Shown here: positions 9,629 to 19,114 of the stretch, piece after piece
Position numbering within the stretch: position 1 is the first letter of the stretch
Layout of the letters: each line of letters starts with the position of its first letter
Assembly (NCBI RefSeq): GCF_004353825.1
Contig: NZ_SMNA01000002.1
Location: 310,001 to 374,000 of the forward strand
Source: Occultella glacieicola
GTDB taxonomy: Bacteria > Actinomycetota > Actinomycetes > Actinomycetales > Beutenbergiaceae
DNA: 64,000 bases
Direction: 5' to 3'
Translations under genes and position numbers: made by a program
The notes under the pieces: model-generated
What the model saw: the letters and a program-made list of their open reading frames with translations, nothing else
Databases searched by the model: none
Told to the model about the DNA's origin: nothing

Positions 9629-10102
9629 TCAGCCGGCCTCGGCGCGCGCCGTCACCTCGACGGTGATGCCGTCCGTCCAGGGCAGCAGCACCCACGGCAC
9701 CAGCGGCGGCCGGCTCACGGCACCGAGGCTGACCTCGGCGACGTCACCGTCCGGGCTCCCGGTGGGCTCGACGATCGCGAACTGCTCGAACTCCTCGGTC
9801 ATGCTCGCCGGTGCCGCCCGCAGGTACTCCTCGACCGCGGCCCGGACCGACGCGTCGGTGAGCGGCAGGTCCACCGTGCTCGGCCGGTCGGTGGTGTAGA
9901 ACTGCGCCTCGTCGACGGCGTCCGCGGCGTCGGCCGCGAGCGCGTCGGCGAGGGAGAGCAGCCTCTTGCGCTCGAGGTAGACGGAGGCGACCGAGGCGAC
10001 GACCATCACCAGCGCGAGCGTGACCAGACCGTAGATCAGCGACAGCAGGAGGATCTGCCCGTCCTCGCTCCCGCCCCGCGGGCGGGCACGGCTATTCCTC
10101 AC
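9629..10102 (-). CDS. TadG-like pilus assembly protein
   Basis: EDG|QILLLSL followed by a TM helix and RLLSLADALAADAAD; GTGA overlap with the upstream gene. Confidence 0.75.
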   Translation of the reverse strand: MRNSRARPRGGSEDGQILLLSLIYGLVTLALVMVVASVASVYLERKRLLSLADALAADAADAVDEAQFYTTDRPSTVDLPLTDASVRAAVEEYLRAAPASMTEEFEQFAIVEPTGSPDGDVAEVSLGAVSRPPLVPWVLLPWTDGITVEVTARAEAG

Positions 10103-10572
10103 GGCCGCTCCCGGTAGGTGTCGACGGCGGTCATGGCCTCGGCCTCGATCGCGACCTCCATCGGCAGGGCATCGGCCATGAACGCCGGCGCCCCGGGCAG
10201 CGACACCGTGGTGTCGATGCGCAGGTGGATGAAGGAGCCAGGGGTCAGGCACGGATCCTCGGCGCAGGTCACCGTGAGGATCCGGTCACCGTCGACCGTG
10301 ATCCCCTGGTCCGCGAACGCCAGTTCGACGGCCAGGGTCGCCAGGGCGAGACCCTCCTCCATGGTCTCGGCGTCGGAGATCAGCCGGCCCGCGTCGCGGG
10401 CCGCGCCCTCGGCGGCGAACCCGGCCGCCTCGATCCGGCCCAGGGTGATGATCAGGTAGACGATCGGCACCAGCAGCACCAGGGAGACGCCGAGGAACTC
10501 GACGACCGCGCTGCCCCGCTCGGCCTCGCCGGACCGTTCGAGCCGGGACCGCACCCACGCCCTGAGTCTCAC
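10099..10572 (-). CDS. TadE-like pseudopilin
   Basis: Prepilin motif ERG|SAVVEF, TM helix, AARDAGR. Confidence 0.8.
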   Translation of the reverse strand: MRLRAWVRSRLERSGEAERGSAVVEFLGVSLVLLVPIVYLIITLGRIEAAGFAAEGAARDAGRLISDAETMEEGLALATLAVELAFADQGITVDGDRILTVTCAEDPCLTPGSFIHLRIDTTVSLPGAPAFMADALPMEVAIEAEAMTAVDTYRERP

Positions 10573-10937
10573 TCCTGTACCGCCCTGCCGGTCACGTTCA
10601 CAACGCCTGAGGGACCCAGCAGGCCGAGGACCGGAATCGGCGCGCTCACACGGATCTCCACCAGCGTGGCACCCGGATGGTTCAGGTAGCCGGCCTCGAG
10701 GTTCTCCGCGTAGAAGTCGGGGAGGGTGGAGGTGATCAGGTCCGCGGTCCGTTGCTGCCCGGCCGCGAGCGAACTGCCCTCCAGTGCCGCGTATCTGGCC
10801 CCCTCGGACGCACTGTCGATCAGGATGTTGCGCACGTGCAGCGTGAGCGCCAGTTGCACCACACCGAGCACCAGGACCGTCACCAGCAGCGAGACCAGTA
10901 GGAAGTCGACGACCGCCGAGCCCCGCTCGGATCTCAT
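10569..10937 (-). CDS. TadE family pseudopilin
   Basis: ERG|SAVVDF, TM helix, ASEGARYAA; ATGA overlap with the pilin gene. Confidence 0.8.
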   Translation of the reverse strand: MRSERGSAVVDFLLVSLLVTVLVLGVVQLALTLHVRNILIDSASEGARYAALEGSSLAAGQQRTADLITSTLPDFYAENLEAGYLNHPGATLVEIRVSAPIPVLGLLGPSGVVNVTGRAVQE

Positions 10938-11119
10938 GCGCCGAGCACGCGCTCCATGGCCGTGTTGAAGACCTGGGTCAGTGCCTCGCCGGCCAGGGCC
11001 CAGATCAACACCACCAGGCCGGCCGTCATCAGCGTGACCAGCACCCACCCGGGCACGTCGCCACGCTCGCCGTCGGCCCGCAGCCGTCGCTTGAGTTCGC
11101 TCGCCCAACTTCTCATCAT
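10934..11119 (-). CDS. Flp-like major pilin (61 aa)
   Basis: Basic leader, ERG|DVPGWVLVTLMTAGLVVLIW, short amphipathic tail; lies between tadC and tadE. Confidence 0.75.
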   Translation of the reverse strand: MMRSWASELKRRLRADGERGDVPGWVLVTLMTAGLVVLIWALAGEALTQVFNTAMERVLGA

Positions 11120-11130
11120 TCACCCTTCTC

Positions 11131-12072
11131 CTACAGGCCGACCCGAAGGACCGAGATCCCCGGGAAGACCGCGAACAGAACACTCGTGGGCAGAAGCACG
11201 AAGACCACCGGGATCATCATCAGGATCTCCCGCTTGCCGCCCTCCTCCATCAGCGCGCGCTGGCCCACCTCGCGTGCGTCCTGAGCCTGGGCGCGCAGCA
11301 CGTCCGCGAGCGGGGTGCCTCGCTCGACGGCGGTTGCGACCCCCTCCGTGAACCGGGAGATGCTCGGGAGCAAGATCCGCCCGGACATCCGGTCCAGCGC
11401 ATCCGTCAGCGGGATGCCCGACCTCACCTCGGCCAACGTTCGGCCGATCTCCCCGGACAGTTCGCCCGTGGTGGTCCGTGAGACCCGGTCGAGGGCGGCC
11501 ACCGGCGCCTCCCCCGCGCCCACCGCGAGCGCGAGCAGTTCCGCCACGGTCGGGAACTCGGCGATCATCCGGCGCTCGCGGGTACCCACCTGATGACTCA
11601 ACCACTGGTCCCGGGCCAGGGCGCCGCCGACGCCGCAGAGCAGCACCAGGACCGTCAGCGGCACGACCCCCGCACCCCGCGTCGCCCCGAGCGTGAGCGC
11701 CGCGACCAGCCCGACGGCGAGGCCGATCGCGGACCACACGACCTGCTCGGTGCGGAACTGCTCGACCGAGGCCGACGACCCCGCACGGACGAGTCGACCT
11801 CGGATCCCGACCGTGGAACTGCCGAGCCGCTCGAAGAGCCGCGTGGCATCGCCGACGACGGGTCGCAGGATTCGTTCCAACGTCGGGAACGGCGTGATCG
11901 GCTGCGGTGTCACGAGCAGGCGTGACGTCGTCGGGCGGTCACGCAGATAGGGCGACACCCGATCGATCAACCGGACCCGGCGTGCCGACAGGCGCCACAG
12001 GACCAGGCACAGCCCGACACCGAGCATCAGGCCCAGCGCGGCCCCGGTGAGTGCCGGACTCTCCAGGTTCAT
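11131..12072 (-). CDS. tadC: TadC-like type II secretion system F family protein (in frame with tadB in this sequence)
   Basis: EFPTVAELLALAVGAGE, ERGTPLADVLRAQA, EEGGKREILMMIPVVF; own ATG at 12072. Confidence 0.8.
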   Translation of the reverse strand: MNLESPALTGAALGLMLGVGLCLVLWRLSARRVRLIDRVSPYLRDRPTTSRLLVTPQPITPFPTLERILRPVVGDATRLFERLGSSTVGIRGRLVRAGSSASVEQFRTEQVVWSAIGLAVGLVAALTLGATRGAGVVPLTVLVLLCGVGGALARDQWLSHQVGTRERRMIAEFPTVAELLALAVGAGEAPVAALDRVSRTTTGELSGEIGRTLAEVRSGIPLTDALDRMSGRILLPSISRFTEGVATAVERGTPLADVLRAQAQDAREVGQRALMEEGGKREILMMIPVVFVLLPTSVLFAVFPGISVLRVGL

Positions 12073-12927
12073 CGCAGGACCCGCAGGTCCTCGGGCAGCC
12101 GCCCGATCCCGAACCATCAACAGATACGCCGACGCGGAGGCCAGTGCTCCGAACAACAGGACCGCGGCGCCGACGGCGGTGTTGAACGCCGCCGCCGTCT
12201 CCGGCCGCGTGCTGAGCAGCGCCAGCACCAGCCAGGGAGCCGCCGCCGCGAGCCGGGCGCCGTTGACGGTCCAGGACTGACGTGCCTCAAGTTCTCCCCG
12301 CGCCCTCAGGTCCTCCCGCAGGAAGGCGGACAGCGTCCGCAGGAGTCGACCGAGGTCGGTGCCACCGACGTCCCGGGTCAGCCGCAGGGCCTCGATCAGG
12401 CGGTCCGCGACCGGGTCTGCGAGGCGTGCCTTGAGCCGGTCGAGCGCGTCGGAGAACCTCCCCGTGGCGCGATAGTCGTCGGCGAACGCGCGGAACTCGG
12501 CGCGCATCGGCTCCGGTCCTCGCTCCGACAGGCTGATCAGGGCTTCGGGCAGCGACATGCCGGCGCGGATCCCCGAACTCAGGTCGTCCACCACCTCGGG
12601 CCAGAGCTCCCGAAGTTCGGTGCGACGCCGCCGGGCTCGGGAGCGCACGTAGGCCCCCGGTGCGAGTGTGGCCAGCACCGCGAAGCTCGCCGCGATCGTC
12701 GGTGACCCGGTCACCGCCGCCGCGACCACGAAGACGACCAGACCTATCGCCACGCTGGTTCCGTAGAAGGCGGCCGGCCGCACGCCGGCCATGCCTGCCT
12801 GGACCAGGAGGTCCTGGGTGCGGTCCCCGCGGGCGTTCGGTCGCGCCGGTCTCGGCTGCTGCGGCCCGAACGACCACCAGATGCACAGCAGTCCCACGCC
12901 CAGGAGCAGACCCGCGACCGTGCCCAT
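12069..12927 (-). CDS. tadB: TadB-like T2SS-F protein; an extra base near 12108-12110 removes its normal stop and fuses it to tadC (fusion ORF 11131..12927)
   Basis: WPEVVDDLSSGIRAGMSLPEAL, DPVADRLIEALR, GGTDLGRLLR, ARQSWTVNGARLA; span to the expected TGA is 859 nt (3n+1). Confidence 0.75.
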
Positions 12928-12931
12928 CGTC

Positions 12932-14158
12932 TCAACTCGCCGCCAGGAGTTCCCGGATCCGGTACCCGGCCCGAGCGAATCGCTCCTCGTGCGGCGGGTA
13001 GCCGCCGGCGCGGGCGAGCCGGCCATCGCGCCGTTCGAAGAGCGGGGCGATCTCGATGACCCCGTCCTCCGACCGGCCGGACAGCGCGACGATCTCCCGG
13101 ACCCGCCGGTGCCCCTGGGAGTCGAGGTCGAGGTGGACGACGAGGTCGATCGCCGCGGCCACCGTGGGTACGACGAACCGGTCGGAGACGTTCTCACCGG
13201 CCAGCAGCGGGAGCGTGGTCATCTTGACGACGGCCTCACGGGCCGAGTTCGCATGGATCGTACACATGCCCGGGATCCCGGCGTTCAGGGCGATGAGCAG
13301 GTCGAGGGCCTCCGCTTCGCGGACCTCGCCGATGATCAGCCGGTCGGGGCGCATCCGAAGCGACTCCTTCACGAGGCGCCGCAAGGGGATCTCACCCGTG
13401 CCCTCGAGGTTCGCCTGCCGGCACTGCATGGCCACCACATCCCGGGCCACGAGCTGGAGTTCGAACACCTCCTCACACGTGATCACGTGCTCGCTCGACG
13501 GGATGGCGCCGGCGAGCGCATTCACCATCGTCGTCTTGCCCGCCTGCGTCGCCCCGGACACGAGGAGGTTCAGGCCGGACACCACCGCCGCCTCCAGGAA
13601 GGCCCCCGCCTCCGCGGTCAACGAGCCGAGCGCCACCAGGTCCCCGATGCGTCTAGCGCGCACCACGTACTTGCGGATGTTGATCGCCCAGTGCTTACGG
13701 GTGACGTCGGGGATCACGGCGTGCAGGCGCTCTCCGCCGGGCAGCGAGGCATCGACGAACGGGTTGCTCAGATCCAGCCTGCGCCCGGAGAACCGCAACA
13801 TCCGCTCGACGAGATCCCGGATCGCGACCTCCGTGAGGATCGTCGTCGTCAGTTCCGGCCTGCCGCTCTTGGCGACGAACACCTTGCCGGGCTCGTTGAT
13901 CCAGACTTCCTCGATCTCCGGGTCGTCGAGGTACTGCTGCAGCGGTCCGAGTCCGCTGATGACATCGTGCAGGCTCTTGGCGGTGATCTCGAGATCGTCC
14001 AGCCGCGGCACGTGGCCGAGCAGCGAACGGTCCTCGTAGTCGGCCACCGCCGCTCGGATCAGTCCGCGCACGTCCGCATCGTCGCGCTCGGGGTCGAGGC
14101 CCCGGCGGCGGATGAGCTCGCGCACCTCCTGCTCGAGGAGTACCACCCCCTCGCCCAT
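12932..14158 (-). CDS. cpaF: CpaF/TadA family pilus assembly ATPase
   Basis: Walker A GATQAGKTT, LRMRPDRLIIGEVR, TIHANSA. Confidence 0.9.
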   Translation of the reverse strand: MGEGVVLLEQEVRELIRRRGLDPERDDADVRGLIRAAVADYEDRSLLGHVPRLDDLEITAKSLHDVISGLGPLQQYLDDPEIEEVWINEPGKVFVAKSGRPELTTTILTEVAIRDLVERMLRFSGRRLDLSNPFVDASLPGGERLHAVIPDVTRKHWAINIRKYVVRARRIGDLVALGSLTAEAGAFLEAAVVSGLNLLVSGATQAGKTTMVNALAGAIPSSEHVITCEEVFELQLVARDVVAMQCRQANLEGTGEIPLRRLVKESLRMRPDRLIIGEVREAEALDLLIALNAGIPGMCTIHANSAREAVVKMTTLPLLAGENVSDRFVVPTVAAAIDLVVHLDLDSQGHRRVREIVALSGRSEDGVIEIAPLFERRDGRLARAGGYPPHEERFARAGYRIRELLAAS

Positions 14159-14330
14159 GAGTCCCCCTGAGCCCGGCACCGTGCCTCGCCGCAACGGTGA
14201 AGTGCGTCACACGGTAGCCGACGCGCGCACCCCTGAGAAGGCCCTGTGGATGACCACCTGGCGTCGTTCGAAGGCGCGCGCCCGCACCGGCCGGGAGGCG
14301 CGGCCACCGCCGCAACCATACGATCGAAGA

Positions 14331-14393
14331 GTGACCAGATCGACCGACCGAGTCCTCGACGACCCGGCCGTCCGCCCGAGACGGGTCCGGTGA
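14331..14393 (+). CDS. Putative leaderless 20-aa uORF (MTRSTDRVLDDPAVRPRRVR)
   Basis: TACGAT 14319-14324, 6-nt spacer, GTG 14331; its TGA overlaps the kinase-frame GTG 14390 (GTGA). Confidence 0.35.
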   Translation: MTRSTDRVLDDPAVRPRRVR

Positions 14394-16060
14394 CCACTCC
14401 CATGACGGCGCGGACGCTGCTCGCCGGGCGCTACGAGTTGCTCAGCCGGATCGGCCATGGAGGCATGGGTCAGGTCTGGCGGGCCCATGACCGGGAACTG
14501 CGGCGCGACGTCGCGGTCAAGACCGTCGACATCTCGAGCGACGGGGCCAGCGGTGTGGCCGAGCGGTTCCGCCGCGAGGCGGTCGCGTCCGCCGCGCTGT
14601 CGCACCCGAACATCGTCACGGTCTTCGACGGTGGTACCGACGGGGCCATCGCCTACCTCGTGATGGCACTGCTGCACGGTCGGACGGCCGCCGAACTGCT
14701 CGCCGAGGGCGGTCCGCTGCCCCTCGAGCGTGCCCTCGACCTCACCGAGCAGGCCGCCGCCGGCGTCGGCGCCGCCCACCGGGTCGGCATCGTGCACCGC
14801 GACCTCAAGCCGGCGAATCTGTTCGTCGAGGGCGACGTCGTCCGGGTCCTCGACTTCGGGATCGCCCAGTTGATCGGACACCAGGGCGAGACCCTGACCG
14901 CCGCCGACGCCGTCATGGGCACGGCCTCCTACCTGGCGCCCGAGCAGGCCCGCGGAGACCGGGCCACCGAGCGCAGCGACGTCTACGCGTTGGGCTGCGT
15001 GCTGTATGCCCTGTTGACCGGTCGTGCGCCATACACGTCCGAGCACCCGATCGGGCTGCTGCACCAGCACCTCGAGGCTCCGGTGCCCCTCGTCGGCGAC
15101 CTTCGCCCCGACGTACCGCCCGCCGTGCAGGACTTGGTCGCCCGGATGATGGCGAAGGAACCCGGCGAGCGGCCCAGCGACGGTGACCACGTCCGCGCCG
15201 AACTCGCCGGCCTGCGATCCGATGACGGCGTCGCCCGGCCCGTGCTCGCGGCGGCCCCGGCCGCGGTGGTCCCCGCCGACACCGAGGCGATCTCGGTCGG
15301 TCGGGACGACGAGGACTGGGTGTTCCCGGACCCCGCCGAGGGGGGATCCCGCGCCGACGCCGACCACCGGCGCCGGCGCCCGGTGGCATGGTTCGCGGCG
15401 GCCGCGGCGATCACGCTGCTCGGCGTGCTGGCCGTGCTCCAGCTCGGACCGCGCGACGCGTTGCCGCTGACCGGGATTGCGGCTCCTCCCGAGTCACCGG
15501 TCGCCAGTGCACCTGCCGACCCGCCGAGGACGACGACGGACGACACCGCGCAGGCCGAGCCCACCGATCCGGCCGTCGATGTGGCCGCCCCGCCGCCGGA
15601 GGCCGCGGACGCCGCACCTGCGGAGCAGAGCGGCGGCCGGGCCGACGGCGGTGACGGCGAGGGCGCAGACGGCGCCGTCGGGGCCGTGACCGCGACCGAG
15701 GACGGCGGGGGTGGCACCGTCACCCCACCCGAGCCCGCACCGGAGCCGACGCCGGCCCCGACCACGCAGGCCCCGTCGGACAACTCGGCCGAGGTCGCCG
15801 CGGCCGTCGACGGTGTCCGGTCGGCGATCGACGGCGCCCAGTACGGCGACCGCGCCGCGCAGACCCGCGGCGAACTGAACCGCGCCGTGGACGCCGTCGT
15901 GCGCCGGATCGAGCAGGACCGGCCGGCGGACGCACGCGCGGACCTGGACGCCGCCCAGGCGCTCGTCTCCACCATGGTCACCGACGGGCGCATCACCGGT
16001 GGCAGCGCCGCGATCGACTCCGCGCTCGCGAACCTCGGCTCCGCTGCGGATCTGCCGTGA
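14390..16060 (+). CDS. Membrane-anchored Hanks-type Ser/Thr protein kinase
   Basis: IGHGGMGQVW, VAVK, HRDLKPAN, DFGIA, GTASYLAPEQ, SDVYALG; one TM helix, Pro/Ala/Thr linker, small helical extracellular domain, no PASTA repeats. Start GTG 14390 or ATG 14402. Confidence 0.9.
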   Translation: MTTPMTARTLLAGRYELLSRIGHGGMGQVWRAHDRELRRDVAVKTVDISSDGASGVAERFRREAVASAALSHPNIVTVFDGGTDGAIAYLVMALLHGRTAAELLAEGGPLPLERALDLTEQAAAGVGAAHRVGIVHRDLKPANLFVEGDVVRVLDFGIAQLIGHQGETLTAADAVMGTASYLAPEQARGDRATERSDVYALGCVLYALLTGRAPYTSEHPIGLLHQHLEAPVPLVGDLRPDVPPAVQDLVARMMAKEPGERPSDGDHVRAELAGLRSDDGVARPVLAAAPAAVVPADTEAISVGRDDEDWVFPDPAEGGSRADADHRRRRPVAWFAAAAAITLLGVLAVLQLGPRDALPLTGIAAPPESPVASAPADPPRTTTDDTAQAEPTDPAVDVAAPPPEAADAAPAEQSGGRADGGDGEGADGAVGAVTATEDGGGGTVTPPEPAPEPTPAPTTQAPSDNSAEVAAAVDGVRSAIDGAQYGDRAAQTRGELNRAVDAVVRRIEQDRPADARADLDAAQALVSTMVTDGRITGGSAAIDSALANLGSAADLP

Positions 16061-16130
16061 CCGACGGGTCGGTGGCGACCACCCGTCACGGCCGCACCCG
16101 CTGTGCGGCCGGTCCACGTTCCTACACTGA

Positions 16131-16670
16131 ATGGTGCCCTTGCTGCTGACCTTCGGCCACGGACGCCTGGATGCCGAGGGCCTCGCCGGGCTGCTACGCG
16201 GCGCCGGCATCGAACGGGTCGTCGACGTGCGCCGGTTCCCGGGTAGCCGCGCCAACCCGGCCGCGGCCCGGGGCGCGGTCGAGGAACTGGCCACCGGCCT
16301 CGGCATCGGCTACCGATGGGACGAACGCCTCGGCGGACGGCGCAGCCTGACCGCCCCGGAGGACGTCGCGTCCATGGACCCGTGGTGGCAGGTCGCCGCG
16401 TTCCGGGCCTACGCCGGATGGACCCGCTCGCCCGAGTTCCGCGCGGCGGTCGCGGACCTGCTGCGCGACTGCGACGCCCAGGTGACCGCCGTCATGTGCT
16501 CGGAAGCGGTGTGGTGGCGCTGCCACCGACGGATCATCGCCGATGTGCTCACCCTCGCCCACGCCACCGACGTCCGCCACGTGTTGCACTCGGGCGAGCA
16601 GAGCGCCCATCCGGTCAGCGCCGGAGCTCGCCGCTGCGGCGACAACCTGTACTGGGACCGCACCGACTGA
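16131..16670 (+). CDS. DUF488 family protein
   Basis: LTFGHG, VVDVRRFPGSR, LGGRR, MCSEAVWWRCHRRIIAD. Confidence 0.85.
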   Translation: MVPLLLTFGHGRLDAEGLAGLLRGAGIERVVDVRRFPGSRANPAAARGAVEELATGLGIGYRWDERLGGRRSLTAPEDVASMDPWWQVAAFRAYAGWTRSPEFRAAVADLLRDCDAQVTAVMCSEAVWWRCHRRIIADVLTLAHATDVRHVLHSGEQSAHPVSAGARRCGDNLYWDRTD

Positions 16671-16692
16671 GAGGCCCCTCCTTTCGGTCCCC

Positions 16693-16756
16693 TTGACAGG
16701 GACCTCATCTCGGGTGCACGCTACCTGTCACGTGTTAGGTGACACGTGACAGGTAG
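16693..16756 (+). promoter_or_regulatory. Promoter (-35 TTGACA) and double LacI-type operator upstream of the fructoside ABC operon
   Basis: TTGACA 16693-16698; perfect 15-bp inverted repeat CTACCTGTCACGTGT (16721-16735) / ACACGTGACAGGTAG (16742-16756). Confidence 0.7.
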
Positions 16757-16770
16757 AGGAAGTAGCAACG

Positions 16771-18165
16771 ATGCACATGGAACCTGAGATCACCCGGCGC
16801 CTCGCCCTCGGAGCCCTCGGGGTCGCCGGCGCCGCCGCCGTCGGGCTGTCCTGGCCCCGGCTGACCGCGAGCGACATCCCCGGTCGCGGCGAGGACGTCC
16901 TGACCGTCGCGATCCTCGGCACGTCCCAGGACGCCGCCTCCCGACAGGGCCTCGTGGACGCGTTCACCGAGCAGCACCCGGACATCCGGGTTCGGATCCA
17001 GGCGATTCAGGGCAACGACTGGGGGGATTTCTTCTCGAAGATCCTCACCATGATCGCCGCCGGCACTCCCCCGGACGTGGTCAACGTGGCCACCGAGGGC
17101 ACCCAGTTGTTCGCCTCCCGGATGGCCGAGCCGCTCGACTCCTACGTGTTGCGCGACGCCGCGGACCTGCAGGAGTACTTCGACGACGTTCACCCGACCC
17201 TGCTCGAGGCGTTCATGTACGAGGGCAGCCTGTTCCAGCTACCCACCGACTTCAACGCCGCGAACATGTACCTCAACACCGACGCCCTGAACACCGCCGG
17301 CCTCGACCGGCCGGCAGATGACTGGACCAAGGACGACTTCACCGATCTGCTGCGTGCGATGCGCACCACGAACACCGACGACTTCGTGCCGTACTTCTGG
17401 ACGAACCGGCTGTTCGGCGGCCTTGTCCCGTGGCTCTACGTCAACGACACCAGCTTCCTGACCGAGACCAAGGCACCCGGCGGGGACTGGTTCTGGGACC
17501 GGTTCTACCCCGGCGAGCAGCGCAGCGGCGGCTACCGGTGGCTGGAGTCGAACGCCGAGGACCCGCTGGTCGCGGAGTCGGTGGACTACCTGCGCGAGCT
17601 CGTCGCCGAAGGGCTCGGCACCCGCCCCGAGGAGGGCGGCGGCGGCGCCCTGGTCGGCCTGTTCGCCTCCGGGCGGATCGGCACCACACCGGCCGGTGGC
17701 TACTGGGCCCAGGGCCTGCACGAGGCCGGCATGGACGCCGACGGCTTCGACGTCCAGTTCTTCCCGCGCTGGCGCACCCAGCGGCACCAGTTCGGTGCCG
17801 CCGGCTACGCGATCATGGCCACCTCCGAGCGCAAGGACGCGGCCTGGGAGTGGGTCAAGTTCTCCGCGACGAAGCCGGCCATGGAGCTCGCCTACCCGCG
17901 CCCGACCACCACCCCGACCCGCCGCTCGATGGTCAACGAGGCGTTCTACGCCGACACCGGCCCCCACAACTGGCAGGTCTTCTACGACACCCTCGACACG
18001 TTCCCCAGCACCGGACCGATCCCGGCCCCGCCGCAACAGGCCGCCGTCGAGACCGCCCTCATCAAGAACGTGTCCGCCGCCGTCAGCGGCAGGGCCGCGG
18101 GCGTGCCGGGCGCCCTGGCAGCCCTTGACCGCGACCTCACCCAGGCCCTGAGGAGGACCGCATGA
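16771..18165 (+). CDS. Sugar ABC transporter substrate-binding protein, probable Tat substrate
   Basis: ITRRLALG twin-arginine leader; MIAAGTPPDV, LFASGRIG, KDAAWEWVKF. Confidence 0.85.
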   Translation: MHMEPEITRRLALGALGVAGAAAVGLSWPRLTASDIPGRGEDVLTVAILGTSQDAASRQGLVDAFTEQHPDIRVRIQAIQGNDWGDFFSKILTMIAAGTPPDVVNVATEGTQLFASRMAEPLDSYVLRDAADLQEYFDDVHPTLLEAFMYEGSLFQLPTDFNAANMYLNTDALNTAGLDRPADDWTKDDFTDLLRAMRTTNTDDFVPYFWTNRLFGGLVPWLYVNDTSFLTETKAPGGDWFWDRFYPGEQRSGGYRWLESNAEDPLVAESVDYLRELVAEGLGTRPEEGGGGALVGLFASGRIGTTPAGGYWAQGLHEAGMDADGFDVQFFPRWRTQRHQFGAAGYAIMATSERKDAAWEWVKFSATKPAMELAYPRPTTTPTRRSMVNEAFYADTGPHNWQVFYDTLDTFPSTGPIPAPPQQAAVETALIKNVSAAVSGRAAGVPGALAALDRDLTQALRRTA

Positions 18166-19106
18166 GCGCCGCCGCCCTGCCCACGGCACGTGCCGGCGTC
18201 GACCGTGGTGCCGGCCCCCGCACCCAGGGCCCGCCCTGGCGCCGCCGGCTCGTGGTGCTGACGTTCCTGGCACCGACCATCATCGGCATCGGGATCTTCA
18301 CGCTCGGCCCGATCATCGCCTCGATCCTGCTCGCCTTCTTCCGGTGGGACATCATCACGGCGCCGGAGTTCGTCGGCCTGTCCAACTTCGCCGACATCGT
18401 CACCGACCCGACCGTGCGGGTCTCGTTCACGAACACGCTGGTGTTCGTGGTGGTCGCGGTGACGCTGCAGATCGCGGTGTCCCTGGCCCTGGCCGTCCTG
18501 ATCGCCCAGCGGATGCCCACCTGGGCGCGCACGTTCTTCCGCTCGGTGTTCTTCTTCCCGCTGATCCTGTCCGCGGCGAGCGTCTCGATCATCATGCGCT
18601 ACCTGTTCAACGAGGAGTTCGGCGTCGTCAACTGGCTGCTGTCGCTGGTCGGCATCGGCGGCGTGCCGTGGCTCACCTCCCCGACGGCGTCCGCGGTCGT
18701 GATCGTGCTCGTCTACGTCTGGCAGCAGTTCGGGTTCACGTTCCTGTTGTTCGTCGGCGGACTCGCGTCGATCCCCACCGAGGTCTACGAGGCCAGCGCG
18801 ATCGACGGGGCCACCGGGTGGCGGCAGCTGCGTTCGATCACGCTGCCGCTGCTGTCCCCGACCATGCTCGTCGCCTGCGTGATGGCGGTGATCTCCGCGC
18901 TGCAGATCTTCGACCAGCCCTACGTGCTCACCCGCGGCGGCCCCGGGGACGCCACCCGAACCGCGGTGATGGTGATCTACGAGTCCGCGTTCCGTCAGCT
19001 CGAGTTCGGCCGGGCCAGCGCCATCGGCGTGGTCCTGATGCTCCTGATCATGGGCGTCACCGCCCTCCAGTTCCGCCTGTCCCGACGCTTCGTCTTCTAC
19101 CAGTGA
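18162..19106 (+). CDS. Carbohydrate ABC transporter permease
   Basis: FVGLSNF, EAA loop YEASAIDGA, FDQPYVLTRGGP. Confidence 0.9.
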   Translation: MSAAALPTARAGVDRGAGPRTQGPPWRRRLVVLTFLAPTIIGIGIFTLGPIIASILLAFFRWDIITAPEFVGLSNFADIVTDPTVRVSFTNTLVFVVVAVTLQIAVSLALAVLIAQRMPTWARTFFRSVFFFPLILSAASVSIIMRYLFNEEFGVVNWLLSLVGIGGVPWLTSPTASAVVIVLVYVWQQFGFTFLLFVGGLASIPTEVYEASAIDGATGWRQLRSITLPLLSPTMLVACVMAVISALQIFDQPYVLTRGGPGDATRTAVMVIYESAFRQLEFGRASAIGVVLMLLIMGVTALQFRLSRRFVFYQ

Positions 19107-19114
19107 GGTCGACG

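Noticed and set aside
12928..13197. N-terminal extension of the 688-aa ORF upstream of tadB
   Set aside because: Overlaps cpaF in another frame; the ATG at 12927 just after the cpaF stop is the plausible start
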